From NCBI GenBank assembly GCA_012178725.1, contig GCA_012178725.1_3030.1: a stretch of 64,000 nucleotides of DNA; one strand, written 5' to 3'. Under the pieces are notes generated by a model. That model saw nothing but the letters and a program-made list of their open reading frames with translations, did not search any database and was not told the DNA's origin. Source of the DNA: a phage. The position numbers and the translations under genes were made by a program. Below, one piece after another: positions 1-9,379 of the stretch; positions within the stretch are counted from its first letter, which is position 1; each line of letters starts with the position of its first letter.

Positions 1-1821
1 ATGAACGTTAACGGTTCATTTGAATCATCCGGTGTTACTGCTGGAAATAGAGGAGTTCACACAACAGGCGAAATTTCATCTGGAGCAGTGAATGCTCTTC
101 GCATTTGGAATGCAGATTATGGAGCTATTTTTAGACGTTCAGAAGGTAGTCTTCATATTATTCCAACTGCTTATGGTGAAGGCAAAAATGGTGATATCGG
201 TCCACTTCGTCCATTTAGTATTGCTTTGGATACTGGTAAGGTTGTTATTCCAGATTTAGAATCAAGTTATAACACGTTTGCTGCAAATGGCTACATTAAA
301 TTTGCTGGTCATGGCGCTGGCGCTGGTGGTTATGATATTCAGTATTCACAAGCTGCTCCTATTTTCCAAGAAATTGATGACGACGCTGTAAGCAAATATT
401 ATCCTATTGTTAAACAGAAGTTTCTAAACGGTAAATCCGTTTGGTCTTTAGGTACTGAAATTAATTCGGGTACATTCGTTATTCATCATCTGAAAGAAGA
501 TGGATCGCAGGGCCATACATCTCGTTTTAATCAAGACGGTACTGTTAACTTCCCGGATAACGTTCAGGTCGGCGGCGGTGAAGCTACTATTGCTCGTAAT
601 GGTAACATCTGGTCTGATATCTGGAAAACGTTTACTTCAGCAGGCGACGTAACTAATATTCGCGATGCTATTGCTACTCGCGTTGCCAAAGAAGGCGACA
701 CGATGACCGGCACTCTTTGGATTAATAAAGATGCCGCTGGAATAGTTCTTAATCCTCCTTTGACCAGTGATTCATCATTTATTCGTTCTGATACGGCCGG
801 GGCCAATAATTGGTATATTGGTAAAGGCGGTGCCGACAATGGTCTAGGTTTTTACAGTTACATTACACAAGGCGGTGTATACATAACAAATACCGGTGAA
901 ATATCGCTTTCTCCTCAAGGACAAGGAACATTTAATTTTAATAGAGACCGCCTTTATATAAATGCTAGTCAATGGGTTGCACATAAATCTGGCGCTTGGG
1001 GCGACCAATGGGGCTTAGAAGCTCCTGTATTTGTGGATTTTGGTAGTGTCAGTAATGACTGCTATTATCCTATTATTAAAGGAAAATCTGGTATTACTAA
1101 CGAAGGATATTTTTCCGGCGTAGATTTTGGTATGCGACGCATTACTAATACATGGGCACAAGGTATTATTCGTGTAGGTAATCAGGAAAACGGTTCAGAC
1201 CCACAAGCCATCTATGAATTCCACAGTAACGGTACTTTTTATGCCCCTAGCCTACTTAAGAGCAACAGAGTATCAGCAGGTGGCGGTGACCCTGTATGGG
1301 CCGGGCCATGTATTGTTCTTGGCGATAATGACACAGGTCTAGTTTGGGAAGCAGATGGTATTTTCAACGCATATGCAAACGGCCAAGGTGTATTCAGTTT
1401 TAGAGCTGGTCTCGCACAAACATTCGGTAACGTAGCGTTAAACGTTAACGCAGGTATGTATGTTCGTGATAACATTGATGTTAACGACGTTTATATCCGT
1501 TCTGATATTCGTTGTAAGTCAGAAATTAAGCTTATTAAGAACGCTCAAGAGAAATCTAAACTCTTAGGCGGCTATACTTATCTGCTTAAAAACTCTGTTA
1601 CAGACGAAGTTAAACCATCTGCAGGTTTAATTGCTCAGGAAGTTCAAGAAGTATTGCCTGAACTTGTTTCTGAAGATAAAGAGACCGGACTGCTTCGTTT
1701 GAACTATAACGGTATTATCGGTTTAAATACTGCTACAATCAACGAGCATACAGATGAAATCAAGGAATTGAAATCTGAAATTGCCGAATTGAAAGCATTA
1801 ATTAAATCATTGATAAAATAA
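1..1821 (+). CDS. 37: Long tail fibre distal subunit gp37, C-terminal part (ORF runs off the 5' window edge), with a C-terminal intramolecular-chaperone-like module
   Basis: 606-aa frame open from base 1; C-terminal ...GGYTYLLKNS...GLIAQEVQEVLPELV... then a heptad-like tail; lies directly upstream of a gp38-type adhesin and holin t as in T-even phages. Confidence 0.75.
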   Translation: MNVNGSFESSGVTAGNRGVHTTGEISSGAVNALRIWNADYGAIFRRSEGSLHIIPTAYGEGKNGDIGPLRPFSIALDTGKVVIPDLESSYNTFAANGYIKFAGHGAGAGGYDIQYSQAAPIFQEIDDDAVSKYYPIVKQKFLNGKSVWSLGTEINSGTFVIHHLKEDGSQGHTSRFNQDGTVNFPDNVQVGGGEATIARNGNIWSDIWKTFTSAGDVTNIRDAIATRVAKEGDTMTGTLWINKDAAGIVLNPPLTSDSSFIRSDTAGANNWYIGKGGADNGLGFYSYITQGGVYITNTGEISLSPQGQGTFNFNRDRLYINASQWVAHKSGAWGDQWGLEAPVFVDFGSVSNDCYYPIIKGKSGITNEGYFSGVDFGMRRITNTWAQGIIRVGNQENGSDPQAIYEFHSNGTFYAPSLLKSNRVSAGGGDPVWAGPCIVLGDNDTGLVWEADGIFNAYANGQGVFSFRAGLAQTFGNVALNVNAGMYVRDNIDVNDVYIRSDIRCKSEIKLIKNAQEKSKLLGGYTYLLKNSVTDEVKPSAGLIAQEVQEVLPELVSEDKETGLLRLNYNGIIGLNTATINEHTDEIKELKSEIAELKALIKSLIK

Positions 1822-1851
1822 TAAAAGGGCCTTCGGGCCCTGGAGGTTTTT

Positions 1852-2631
1852 ATGGCAGTAGTAGGAATTCCTGGTTGGATTGGGACTTCAGCCGTCGCTG
1901 AAACAGGCCAGCGCTGGATGTCAGCGGCCTCTAGAGAATTGCGTCTAGGGAACCCATCTTGGATGTCACAATTCGCTGGACGCTCAAGAGAAATTATTCA
2001 CACGCTTGGAGCAGACCATAACTTCAATGGTCAATGGTTTCGTGACCGTTGTTTTGAAGCCGGCGGTGCTCCTATAGTGTTTAATATCACAGGCAACTTA
2101 GTATCATATTCTAAAGACGTTCCTTTATTCTTCATGTATGGTGATACTCCTAACGAATATGTTACTTTGAATATTCATGGTGGTGTTCATATGTGGGGCC
2201 GAGGTGGTAATGGTAGCGTAAATGGAAGCCCAGGCACTAATGGTGGCGACGTAATCCAAAATGATATTGGTGGACGACTTCGTATTTGGAACTATGGCGT
2301 TATTGCATCAGGCGGCGGCGGTGGTGGTGCAGTGTCATTACAGAATAGCTGGGCACCAAATGCTACAGCAGGTGGCGGTGGTGGTAGACCGTTTGGCATC
2401 GGCGGAGGCGGCGTTAATTGGCCGGGTGGTAATGCTAGTTATGACGCGCCTGGCGGTGCCGGTTACACTTCCCAATTCGGCGGAGGCAATGGCGGTGATG
2501 CTGGAGGTCGGGGTGGAGATGGATGGGGTAATCACTTATCTAGATCCGGCGGTGGTGCTCCAGGTAGAGCGGTATTCGGTTCTTCACCATCATGGGGTGC
2601 AACAGGCACGATCTACGGTTCCTGGATTTAA
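1852..2631 (+). CDS. 38: gp38 receptor-recognising adhesin (T2/T6 type) with glycine-rich motifs
   Basis: 259 aa; conserved N-terminus [11 protein letters not shown]...RWMS...[35 protein letters not shown] then poly-Gly blocks ([20 protein letters not shown]) separating short variable segments; 30 bp after gene 37 with GGAGG SD. Confidence 0.85.
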   Translation: MAVVGIPGWIGTSAVAETGQRWMSAASRELRLGNPSWMSQFAGRSREIIHTLGADHNFNGQWFRDRCFEAGGAPIVFNITGNLVSYSKDVPLFFMYGDTPNEYVTLNIHGGVHMWGRGGNGSVNGSPGTNGGDVIQNDIGGRLRIWNYGVIASGGGGGGAVSLQNSWAPNATAGGGGGRPFGIGGGGVNWPGGNASYDAPGGAGYTSQFGGGNGGDAGGRGGDGWGNHLSRSGGGAPGRAVFGSSPSWGATGTIYGSWI

Positions 2632-2650
2632 ATGGTAATACCTCTCAGCA

Positions 2651-2658
2651 TATAAATA
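2651..2658 (+). promoter_or_regulatory. Late promoter (TATAAATA) for holin t
   Basis: Exact TATAAATA 19 bp upstream of the t start, followed by AAGGAGG. Confidence 0.6.
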
Positions 2659-2676
2659 TCCTTAAAAGGAGGGTCT

Positions 2677-3333
2677 ATGGCAGCACCTAGAATATCATTT
2701 TCGCCCTCTGATATTCTATTTGGTGTTCTAGATCGCTTGTTCAAAGATAACGCTACCGGGAAAGTTCTTGCTTCCCGGGTAGCTGTCGTAATTCTTTTAT
2801 TTATGATGGCGATTGTTTGGTATAGGGGAGATAGTTTCTTTGAGTACTATAAGCAATCAAAGTATGAAACATACAGTGAAATTATTGAAAAGGAAAGAAA
2901 TGCACGCTTTGAATCTGTCGCCCTGGAACAACTCCAGATAGTTCACATATCATCTGAGGCAGACTTTAGTGCGGTGTATTCTTTCCGCCCTAAAAACTTA
3001 AACTATTTTGTTGATATTATAGCATACGAAGGAAGATTACCTTCAACAATAACTGAAAAATCACTTGGAGGATATCCTGTTGATAAAACTATGGATGAAT
3101 ATGCAGTTCATTTAAATGGACGTCATTATTATTCTGACTCAAAATTTGCTTTTTTACCAACTAAAAAGCCTACTCCCGAAATAAACTACATGTACAGTTG
3201 TCCATATTTTAATTTGGATAATATCTATGCTGGAACAATAACCATGTACTGGTATAGAAATGATCATATAAGTAATGACCGCCTTGAATCAATATGTGCT
3301 CAGGCGGCCAGAATATTAGGAAGGGCTAAATAA
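2677..3333 (+). CDS. t: Holin t
   Basis: 218 aa, near-identical to remembered T4 holin (MAAPRISFSPSDILFGVLDRLFKDNATGKVLASR...); one N-terminal TM segment; AAGGAGG SD and TATAAATA late promoter upstream. Confidence 0.95.
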   Translation: MAAPRISFSPSDILFGVLDRLFKDNATGKVLASRVAVVILLFMMAIVWYRGDSFFEYYKQSKYETYSEIIEKERNARFESVALEQLQIVHISSEADFSAVYSFRPKNLNYFVDIIAYEGRLPSTITEKSLGGYPVDKTMDEYAVHLNGRHYYSDSKFAFLPTKKPTPEINYMYSCPYFNLDNIYAGTITMYWYRNDHISNDRLESICAQAARILGRAK

Positions 3334-3606
3334 TTATTTGTTTGTATACATTTCTAAATATCTATATACACCCTCAAAACCCTCGTTGAATTCGTCGATG
3401 AGGGTTTTCTTATCTTCTTGAGTTAATTCAGAAACAATTTTACGGAATGAATTCTGATTTAATTTTCTACCTTCATGCGTTACTCCAATCTCATTCAGAA
3501 ATGCAATAAAATTAGCACGATTCTCAACAATATCTTCTCTGGAAAATTTAATCAAAATAGACGCAACAGTAATAATTTCACGAACTGTATCAATGTTTTT
3601 ATTCAT
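3334..3606 (-). CDS. asiA: Anti-sigma70 factor AsiA
   Basis: 90 aa, matches remembered T4 AsiA (MNKNIDTVREIITVASILIKFSREDIVENRANF...). Confidence 0.95.
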   Translation of the reverse strand: MNKNIDTVREIITVASILIKFSREDIVENRANFIAFLNEIGVTHEGRKLNQNSFRKIVSELTQEDKKTLIDEFNEGFEGVYRYLEMYTNK

Positions 3607-3618
3607 TAACTATACCAC

Positions 3619-3771
3619 TCAATTAGTTGACTTTGTTATAATATCATCAGACGCTTGATTTGTAAACTGGTCTGTGTTATTTTCTTCAAAAATTTTTTCT
3701 GCGAATTCCTTGAACGACTCACGTTCCTGAGCTACATTGTGCTCGATTACCTTTTCAAGATTATGACTCAT
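3619..3771 (-). CDS. Small acidic protein (asiA.1-like), 50 aa
   Basis: Hand-translated MSHNLEKVIEHNVAQERESFKEFAEKIFEENNTDQFTNQASDDIITKSTN*; its ATG overlaps the arn stop (ATGA). Confidence 0.4.
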   Translation of the reverse strand: MSHNLEKVIEHNVAQERESFKEFAEKIFEENNTDQFTNQASDDIITKSTN

Positions 3772-4046
3772 TCGAAATAATCTTCAATTTCGTAATCATG
3801 GACATAAATCATTATAGTTTTTAATACATCATCAATACTTTTTCCTGGAGCTGGAATTACGTAAAAATATCCTGCTTTTGAGAGGTCTTTATAAGTTCCA
3901 ACCAAGAAATCATTATTCTCGAGATGTAATTCTTCAACTAATTCATTAACAATTGAATGGTATAAATTTGGTAGAAACTTATATAGCTTTTCTAGAGTAT
4001 CAATTTTGATTGTGTATTGAACCACGGACTGAGAATCAATAATCAT
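3768..4046 (-). CDS. arn: Anti-restriction nuclease Arn (McrBC inhibitor)
   Basis: 92 aa, acidic; size and position between asiA and motA as in T4. Confidence 0.8.
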   Translation of the reverse strand: MIIDSQSVVQYTIKIDTLEKLYKFLPNLYHSIVNELVEELHLENNDFLVGTYKDLSKAGYFYVIPAPGKSIDDVLKTIMIYVHDYEIEDYFE

Positions 4047-4129
4047 AGACCTTCCCCTTATGTTTCTGTTTGCGATTAGATTCTTTAAACGCTTTCTTCT
4101 TATCCTTATGAACAGAAGCTTTATTAAAA

Positions 4130-4348
4130 TTATGTTTTGCGACTAAATTGTTCATAGTGCTGAATTACCTCTCTTAAGCATTTACATGTGAATGAAAACT
4201 TTTTAGCTACACCACATTCAAATATATGTTCTCTTAAATCACGTGTATCGGTATATCCCATCTCAACAATAAAATGCCGTATTAGATTTTTATCTTTATC
4301 ATTGAGAGAATTAAAATAATCAGATTTTGAATTAATTTCCCTGGCCAA
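4130..4348 (-). CDS. Hypothetical early protein (arn-motA interval)
   Basis: 72-aa ORF in minus-strand operon; overlaps next ORF start. Confidence 0.5.
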   Translation of the reverse strand: MAREINSKSDYFNSLNDKDKNLIRHFIVEMGYTDTRDLREHIFECGVAKKFSFTCKCLREVIQHYEQFSRKT

Positions 4349-4628
4349 ATTGAATCACCTTCAGTTGACGTTTTAGCTCTTTTATCATCTCTTCGTTCAT
4401 CGCAATATAAAGATCGCGTAAAGCAGGTTTTAGCATTCCATTTACTGGAGAACTAAATGGGCACACATAATCTTTTCCTACAAGCTTTTTAGTTAATTCC
4501 ATATCACAGAACTGAAATGCCGGTTCATTGGCATAAATTCCCCAATTAGTTGACATCATTTTATTGGCATATTCCAACGCCTGGATTTGATTCATAATTC
4601 CATCAATTTGAAACTTTTTAATATTCAT
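4332..4628 (-). CDS. Hypothetical early protein
   Basis: 98-aa ORF, tightly packed with neighbours. Confidence 0.5.
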   Translation of the reverse strand: MNIKKFQIDGIMNQIQALEYANKMMSTNWGIYANEPAFQFCDMELTKKLVGKDYVCPFSSPVNGMLKPALRDLYIAMNEEMIKELKRQLKVIQFGQGN

Positions 4629-5089
4629 TAGTAAAGGTCCTCAGAGTAAAGTTCTTTTTCACTACCACCACGTTCAATACGTACTTGTCCAGCGTAAGTT
4701 GCAATAATCATTGCTTCTTCACGTGTCCAATAATTACTATATTGGTCAATAAATCCTTGGTCATCATCGCAAACTTGCTGAGTAACTAATTGAGGTTTAA
4801 CTACATCTAAAACTTCTGCCATATCTTTAGAATAATGACGAGCACCTGGAATAATAAGAGTTCGTCCATCTTTTAATTTAAAACGATTGGCTGCGCAAAC
4901 AATCCGTCGTTGATACTTTTGGTTTTCATCCCAATATGCAGTCTGCCAACAGATTTCAGGAACTTCTTTCAGAATATCTTCTTCTGTGCATTTATAACCA
5001 TGCGCTTTAAATTTTTCAACAAGACTTTCTGGAGTCTCACGAGATAAAGGAACATTCAGCATTTTTAAACGATTAATAAATGGGTTCAT
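4628..5089 (-). CDS. Hypothetical early protein
   Basis: 153-aa ORF; stop/start overlap with neighbours. Confidence 0.5.
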   Translation of the reverse strand: MNPFINRLKMLNVPLSRETPESLVEKFKAHGYKCTEEDILKEVPEICWQTAYWDENQKYQRRIVCAANRFKLKDGRTLIIPGARHYSKDMAEVLDVVKPQLVTQQVCDDDQGFIDQYSNYWTREEAMIIATYAGQVRIERGGSEKELYSEDLY

Positions 5090-5415
5090 TTAAACCATCC
5101 TTTAATACGCTGCCACAAAGTTTTCTGTTGAGCTTTGTTAACACCAATTGAACGAATAACTGGTTGAGATTCCTGGAATTCTTTATAATCAGCAAGGTAA
5201 ATTTCGTAAGCTGCATCCGTAAATGAACTTATCGCTGCCATAAAATTATTGCGAATACCTACTGGAGCATCTTTACTTTCACGAATAATCATGTATTTAC
5301 CAGTCTTAATCTTTACGATAGTTCCAAGATAAGCTCCATGGTACCAGATGTCCCATCCCTCTTGAGTGGGTTCTGCGCAACGACGAAGTTCATTGACAAT
5401 TTCTAACTTGTTCAT
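5086..5415 (-). CDS. Hypothetical early protein (motA.1-like position)
   Basis: 109-aa ORF immediately downstream of motA. Confidence 0.5.
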   Translation of the reverse strand: MNKLEIVNELRRCAEPTQEGWDIWYHGAYLGTIVKIKTGKYMIIRESKDAPVGIRNNFMAAISSFTDAAYEIYLADYKEFQESQPVIRSIGVNKAQQKTLWQRIKGWFK

Positions 5416-5425
5416 TATTTATTCC

Positions 5426-6061
5426 TCACAGTTCAGATGCTACAGTGATTACAGCTTCAATGTTTTCTGCCGAGCGTTTAATGTCAAGATACACATTACC
5501 GTTTTTAGCGATTTTACATGACATTCCGATGTCAGTAAATTTCTGAATATGATGTTCCATCATTTTGTATCCAAAAATTCGCATATTTCCATTATTGTTA
5601 ATTTCAAAATTACGAATTCCGTGAGTACGTTTTTCTAAAATAGCGAGATAGTTACTGCGATAAGTTTCAACCTTTTTAAGAACAAATCCATTTTCATCTA
5701 AAAGTTTTAACATGAGGTCTTTATCTTCTTCCATATCAGAAGTAATTTCACGAGCTTTACGAGTTGCTCGTTTTTTCAGTAGTTCCGGAGCATTTTCCTG
5801 TGCATATAAAGTTGCTGCGTTTGAAATAATATCCTGAGCTTCACCTGTAATGATTAATCCATCACCAGATTTCTCCACCAGGCCTTTTTTAATCAATACC
5901 CCAATATTACTATTAACTACTGCGTTACCTAAATCTGGATGTACCTCACGAACTTCTACAGCTGTAATGAAATCTTTCTTAGCAATGGTAATTAAAATCG
6001 CAGCAGTTTTTTCATTCAGAACATCGTTAGAAGCTTTGATGATATAAGTTACTTTAGACAT
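5426..6061 (-). CDS. motA: Middle-transcription activator MotA
   Basis: 211 aa, matches remembered T4 MotA (MSKVTYIIKASNDVLNEKTAAILITIAKKDF...); early promoter cassette upstream. Confidence 0.92.
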   Translation of the reverse strand: MSKVTYIIKASNDVLNEKTAAILITIAKKDFITAVEVREVHPDLGNAVVNSNIGVLIKKGLVEKSGDGLIITGEAQDIISNAATLYAQENAPELLKKRATRKAREITSDMEEDKDLMLKLLDENGFVLKKVETYRSNYLAILEKRTHGIRNFEINNNGNMRIFGYKMMEHHIQKFTDIGMSCKIAKNGNVYLDIKRSAENIEAVITVASEL

Positions 6062-6094
6062 TTTCTAATCTCCGTAATTCTGTATCAGTAGTTG

Positions 6095-6131
6095 ATAGTT
6101 GTATAGTACCACAGTATGCTTTGGTTGTAAA
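6095..6131 (-). promoter_or_regulatory. T4-type early promoter upstream of motA
   Basis: Minus strand GTTTAC-18-TGGTACTATACA, conserved leader ACAACTATCAACTAC..., SD GGAGATTAG. Confidence 0.6.
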
Positions 6132-6147
6132 CCGTTTTGTGAAAAAA

Positions 6148-6183
6148 TTTTTAAAATAAAAAAGGGAGAGCCTCGGCTCTCCC
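6148..6183 (-). terminator. Rho-independent terminator downstream of gene 52 / small membrane ORF
   Basis: GGGAGAGCC...GGCTCTCCC hairpin followed by TTTTTTATTTT on minus strand. Confidence 0.6.
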
Positions 6184-6188
6184 TAAAA

Positions 6189-6338
6189 TTACTGCATGAC
6201 TGTGATAACTGTCATGATAACACGTTGAATTCCGAACGCAAGAAGACCTCCTGCTATGGCTGGAACAACGCCTAAACCCGCCAGTAAAATGCTACCAGAT
6301 ACTAATGCAGCGCTTGTAATACCAATGAATGGACTCAT
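6189..6338 (-). CDS. Small glycine-rich membrane protein, 49 aa
   Basis: Hand-translated MSPFIGITSAALVSGSILLAGLGVVPAIAGGLLAFGIQRVIMTVITVMQ*; ATG overlaps gene 52 stop (ATGA); followed by a terminator. Confidence 0.4.
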   Translation of the reverse strand: MSPFIGITSAALVSGSILLAGLGVVPAIAGGLLAFGIQRVIMTVITVMQ

Positions 6339-7663
6339 TTGATTTCCTCTAAATCTTTGGTGTATTCGGTAACTACATCAGTAGTTTTCCAATATTCGTT
6401 TTCTTCTTTTTTAGCTTTAGCTTCTTCAGCAAGTTTCTTTGCTTCATCGGAAGTCATATGAAAAATATTCATTCCAACTAGTTTATCAACATAAGAAGAA
6501 TACATATCGATTTTCGAAAGTTCTTCGGTCAGTTCTTTACGAGTTTTACCCTGTACAACAATTTCACCTGAAATTACTTTCTTAATGAAATGTGCCTTGG
6601 CAAAGGCTAAACGAAAAGCTGACTCAGTTTCTTTGATTTTGTTATCAATTCGTTTTTGGACATAAGTTTTACGAACTTCAACAAAGTCTTTAATTAAATC
6701 AACTACGTTATCGTAAACTTGTAGTTTTCCTTTCTCATTAATAACCGTAATATTCTGAGAACGACGCTCAATCAACCCGAAGTCTTTCATAATTTTTGCG
6801 TGGCGTTCTTCTTCATTATCGCTCAAAGAATATTCTTTACGGAATTTAACTTTGAATCCAAAACCGTGCTCACCGCAAGCATCATCCCATGTAATGAAGC
6901 CTTTATCTTCAAGTGGGTCTAAAATTTTACTCACATAAGTTTCACGATCATACTTATACGGAATCTCAGTGATATGCATTTGAGTTCGTGAAGTAAACTT
7001 ATATGTTCCACGAATTTCATATTGCCCATCAATTTCAACGACTTCACCACGAAATTCTGGGAATTCTACCTTCGGTTTAGTTACTTTCTTTCCTTGAAGA
7101 GCTTGCAGTACAGCTTTCTTAACAGAAGAAACACTATGAGGAAGAATGTAAGTTGCATAACCAGTTGCAATACCGGAAACACCATTAAGAAGAACAGTAG
7201 GAATAATAGGCAAATAGAAAGCAGGCGGAATGTGTTCTTTATCTTGATGTACCGGAGCATATTCAGTATCTTTATATACGTTATAGAAATTTTTACTTAC
7301 ACGAGCAAAAATATAACGACTTGCTGCTGCTTTTTGGACGGTACGAGAACCAAAGTTTCCTTGACCATCTAACAGAGGAAAGTTATTATTCCAAGTGTTA
7401 GCCATCAAAGCACCTGCGTCTTGCGCAGAGTTTTCACCATGATGATATCCAAGGTCCGCTACACCGCCTGCGATAGAAGCGAGTTTGTGAAACTTATCTT
7501 TATTTCCTCGTGCCAAATCAAGAGCTCGAGCAATAACAAATCGTTGAACTGGCTTAAATCCATCAATCATATTTGGAATGGCACGATTTTCAACCGTGTA
7601 CATAGCATAAGCCAATGCTTCATTATCAATGATACTTTTTAAATCGCGATTATTCAGTTGCAT
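6335..7663 (-). CDS. 52: DNA topoisomerase II medium subunit gp52 (GyrA-like)
   Basis: 442 aa; GyrA-like breakage-reunion region; T4 gp52 size and position. Confidence 0.95.
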   Translation of the reverse strand: MQLNNRDLKSIIDNEALAYAMYTVENRAIPNMIDGFKPVQRFVIARALDLARGNKDKFHKLASIAGGVADLGYHHGENSAQDAGALMANTWNNNFPLLDGQGNFGSRTVQKAAASRYIFARVSKNFYNVYKDTEYAPVHQDKEHIPPAFYLPIIPTVLLNGVSGIATGYATYILPHSVSSVKKAVLQALQGKKVTKPKVEFPEFRGEVVEIDGQYEIRGTYKFTSRTQMHITEIPYKYDRETYVSKILDPLEDKGFITWDDACGEHGFGFKVKFRKEYSLSDNEEERHAKIMKDFGLIERRSQNITVINEKGKLQVYDNVVDLIKDFVEVRKTYVQKRIDNKIKETESAFRLAFAKAHFIKKVISGEIVVQGKTRKELTEELSKIDMYSSYVDKLVGMNIFHMTSDEAKKLAEEAKAKKEENEYWKTTDVVTEYTKDLEEIK

Positions 7664-7806
7664 AAATTTACCATACTAGTGAATGTAGTGCCATAATAAC
7701 ATCAGAAATGAAAAGCACGACTTGAATTAATCCGAACATTACTCCATAATATAGTGCTACTAATAAAGTAGCAAGGGCTAATGAATAGCCCAAGATTTTC
7801 TTAATC

Positions 7807-7959
7807 ATTAGTAGATAACAACACAAATGTTAAATATGCACACATACCCTGGGCTAAAGCTTGCGAAAACACGCTGCTGGCATCAATACAGATAGTTAAA
7901 ACACATGCTACTATCCAACAAATAAATGAAATAACTCCTAATAATTTTGCAATATTCAT
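7807..7959 (-). CDS. ac: Small membrane protein Ac (acridine sensitivity), 50 aa
   Basis: Hand-translated MNIAKLLGVISFICWIVACVLTICIDASSVFSQSFSPGYVCIFNICVVIY*; GAGGAAAAT SD overlaps stp stop; position between 52 and stp. Confidence 0.55.
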
Positions 7960-7966
7960 ATTTTCC

Positions 7967-8047
7967 TCACTGGCGTCCGAAGACGCCTTTAGTTTTAAGA
8001 TTATTACGATAGAACTGCATCACATGTTCGTTATGGAAATTACTCAT
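7967..8047 (-). CDS. stp: Stp peptide (26 aa; activator of the host PrrC anticodon nuclease)
   Basis: Hand-translated [26 protein letters not shown], matching remembered T4 Stp; ATG overlaps ndd stop (TAATG). Confidence 0.75.
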
Positions 8048-8505
8048 TAATATGCCTGCAAAACAAATTTAAAGTTATCAGCCAACATACGGTTCATTTC
8101 TTCAAGTGTTTGATACTCAGAATGATGATTACGAGTAAACGCCAAAGCTAACTGACCTTTACCAAATCCTGTCGTCAGAGGTTTCATCTTAGAAGCAGGC
8201 AGATAAAATACTGTGTATGGAACATTGTTATTTGCAATAGTACGTGCAAGCTGAGACCGACGTTGACGAATATGACTTAGAACTGCACTGAATCCTTGCT
8301 TAGAACGCTGATTACCTACATAAAATCGTGCAGACACACATGGATTACTAAATGGACGACCATCTAATTTACTTACTAAAAAGTAAAATCCAGGTTTAGA
8401 TAAAATGTCTTTATGCGGAGTTCCCAAAAACCATTCACCGCCCTTGATTGTGCCAATAACAGTTGCGCCTGCATTATTCAGATCAGTAACAGTCATGTAT
8501 TTCAT
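8047..8505 (-). CDS. ndd: Nucleoid disruption protein Ndd
   Basis: 152 aa from internal ATG ([13 protein letters not shown]...) with GAGGAAATTAAT SD; track ORF is N-terminally extended; T4 Ndd size and position. Confidence 0.8.
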
Positions 8506-8565
8506 ATTAATTTCCTCTAAATTATTTTCTACTCCAAGGCCGCATGAATACACGCGGCCATTAAA

Positions 8566-8781
8566 TTAATCGTCGCAGTCGACGCTCAATTCCCAAAACT
8601 CTTCTACGGTATAAGTTTCAATATCATTTTCAATACAGAAACGTTCATTACTATTGTTTGCTAAAGTAGCGTTAACTGTCATTTTCTCGCTGGTACTCTT
8701 AAGAGGTGAAATACGAATTAACTGATCACCGTTATCTAAACAAAAAATTTCACCAACTTTTACATCTTTAAAACTTTTCAT
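8566..8781 (-). CDS. Hypothetical early protein (ndd.1-like)
   Basis: 71-aa ORF with AGGTGAATT SD. Confidence 0.5.
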   Translation of the reverse strand: MKSFKDVKVGEIFCLDNGDQLIRISPLKSTSEKMTVNATLANNSNERFCIENDIETYTVEEFWELSVDCDD

Positions 8782-8789
8782 AATTCACC

Positions 8790-8897
8790 TCAAGGAGTAT
8801 AAAATCCGAATGCAGTTGTTGACCATCCCATCCAGTATGGGAAATTTGCACCAATGTAAAACATAAGAATATAAAACCAACCGCTCAGCAAATTCAT
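8790..8897 (-). CDS. Micro membrane protein, 35 aa
   Basis: Hand-translated MNLLSGWFYILMFYIGANFPYWMGWSTTAFGFYTP*; start overlaps upstream stop (TGATG). Confidence 0.3.
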   Translation of the reverse strand: MNLLSGWFYILMFYIGANFPYWMGWSTTAFGFYTP

Positions 8898-9094
8898 CAT
8901 TTTACACCGTTCCAAATTGTTTCAACCACGGATTTTAAGCCATTTTGATGAATGTCCATTCCAACTACCGCCATCAAATAGATTCCAACTACAACTGAAC
9001 CTAAGGCAAAAATCAGCATGAAAATGAATAAAGCCGGAAAAATATTATCGAAAAACCATTCAATAAATGTAAAAGCACTGCGTTTACGCTTCAT
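8897..9094 (-). CDS. Small membrane protein, 65 aa
   Basis: Internal ATG (MKRKRSAFTFIEWFFDNIFPALFIFMLIF...) with GAGGAAAAT SD; hydrophobic. Confidence 0.45.
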   Translation of the reverse strand: MKRKRSAFTFIEWFFDNIFPALFIFMLIFALGSVVVGIYLMAVVGMDIHQNGLKSVVETIWNGVK

Positions 9095-9101
9095 ATTTTC
9101 C

Positions 9102-9215
9102 TCACATAAATCCAAAGTAAACGTTTAATACATCAATCATTAAAACGATTGGGAATATACTCAAAACAACTAAAATTATAATTATATTCCATATAGCTTT
9201 AATAATCTTTTTCAT
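9102..9215 (-). CDS. Small membrane protein, 37 aa
   Basis: MKKIIKAIWNIIIILVVLSIFPIVLMIDVLNVYFGFM from internal ATG; GGAGGAAC SD; early-promoter cassette immediately upstream. Confidence 0.4.
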   Translation of the reverse strand: MKKIIKAIWNIIIILVVLSIFPIVLMIDVLNVYFGFM

Positions 9216-9220
9216 TTTGT

Positions 9221-9273
9221 GTTCCTCCGTGGTTGATAGGGTAATAATACCACAGAGGAACAGTCTTGTAAAC
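9221..9273 (-). promoter_or_regulatory. Early-promoter cassette with SD-complementary spacer
   Basis: GTTTAC AAGACT GTTCCTCTGTGG TATTATTACC...CCACGGAGGAAC ACAAA ATG. Confidence 0.55.
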
Positions 9274-9280
9274 AACTTTT

Positions 9281-9379
9281 TTAAAAATATTCGTAATAAA
9301 TGTGAATACCAATCACTACTGCCGAAACTTGCGCAACCCACCACGCACAAGCAATAAGTACAGAATTAAAAATTTTCAT
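9281..9379 (-). CDS. Micro membrane ORF, 32 aa
   Basis: Hand-translated MKIFNSVLIACAWWVAQVSAVVIGIHIYYEYF*; ATGA-coupled to upstream micro-ORF. Confidence 0.25.
   Translation of the reverse strand: MKIFNSVLIACAWWVAQVSAVVIGIHIYYEYF

Noticed and set aside
2261-2638. 125-aa plus-strand ORF (and 2338..2535 minus ORF) inside gene 38
   Set aside because: Alternative-frame artefacts of the GC-rich glycine-repeat region of gp38 (GGN codons).
7022-7642. Plus-strand ORFs 7022..7372 and 7421..7642
   Set aside because: Antisense to gene 52; AT-rich low-complexity translations.
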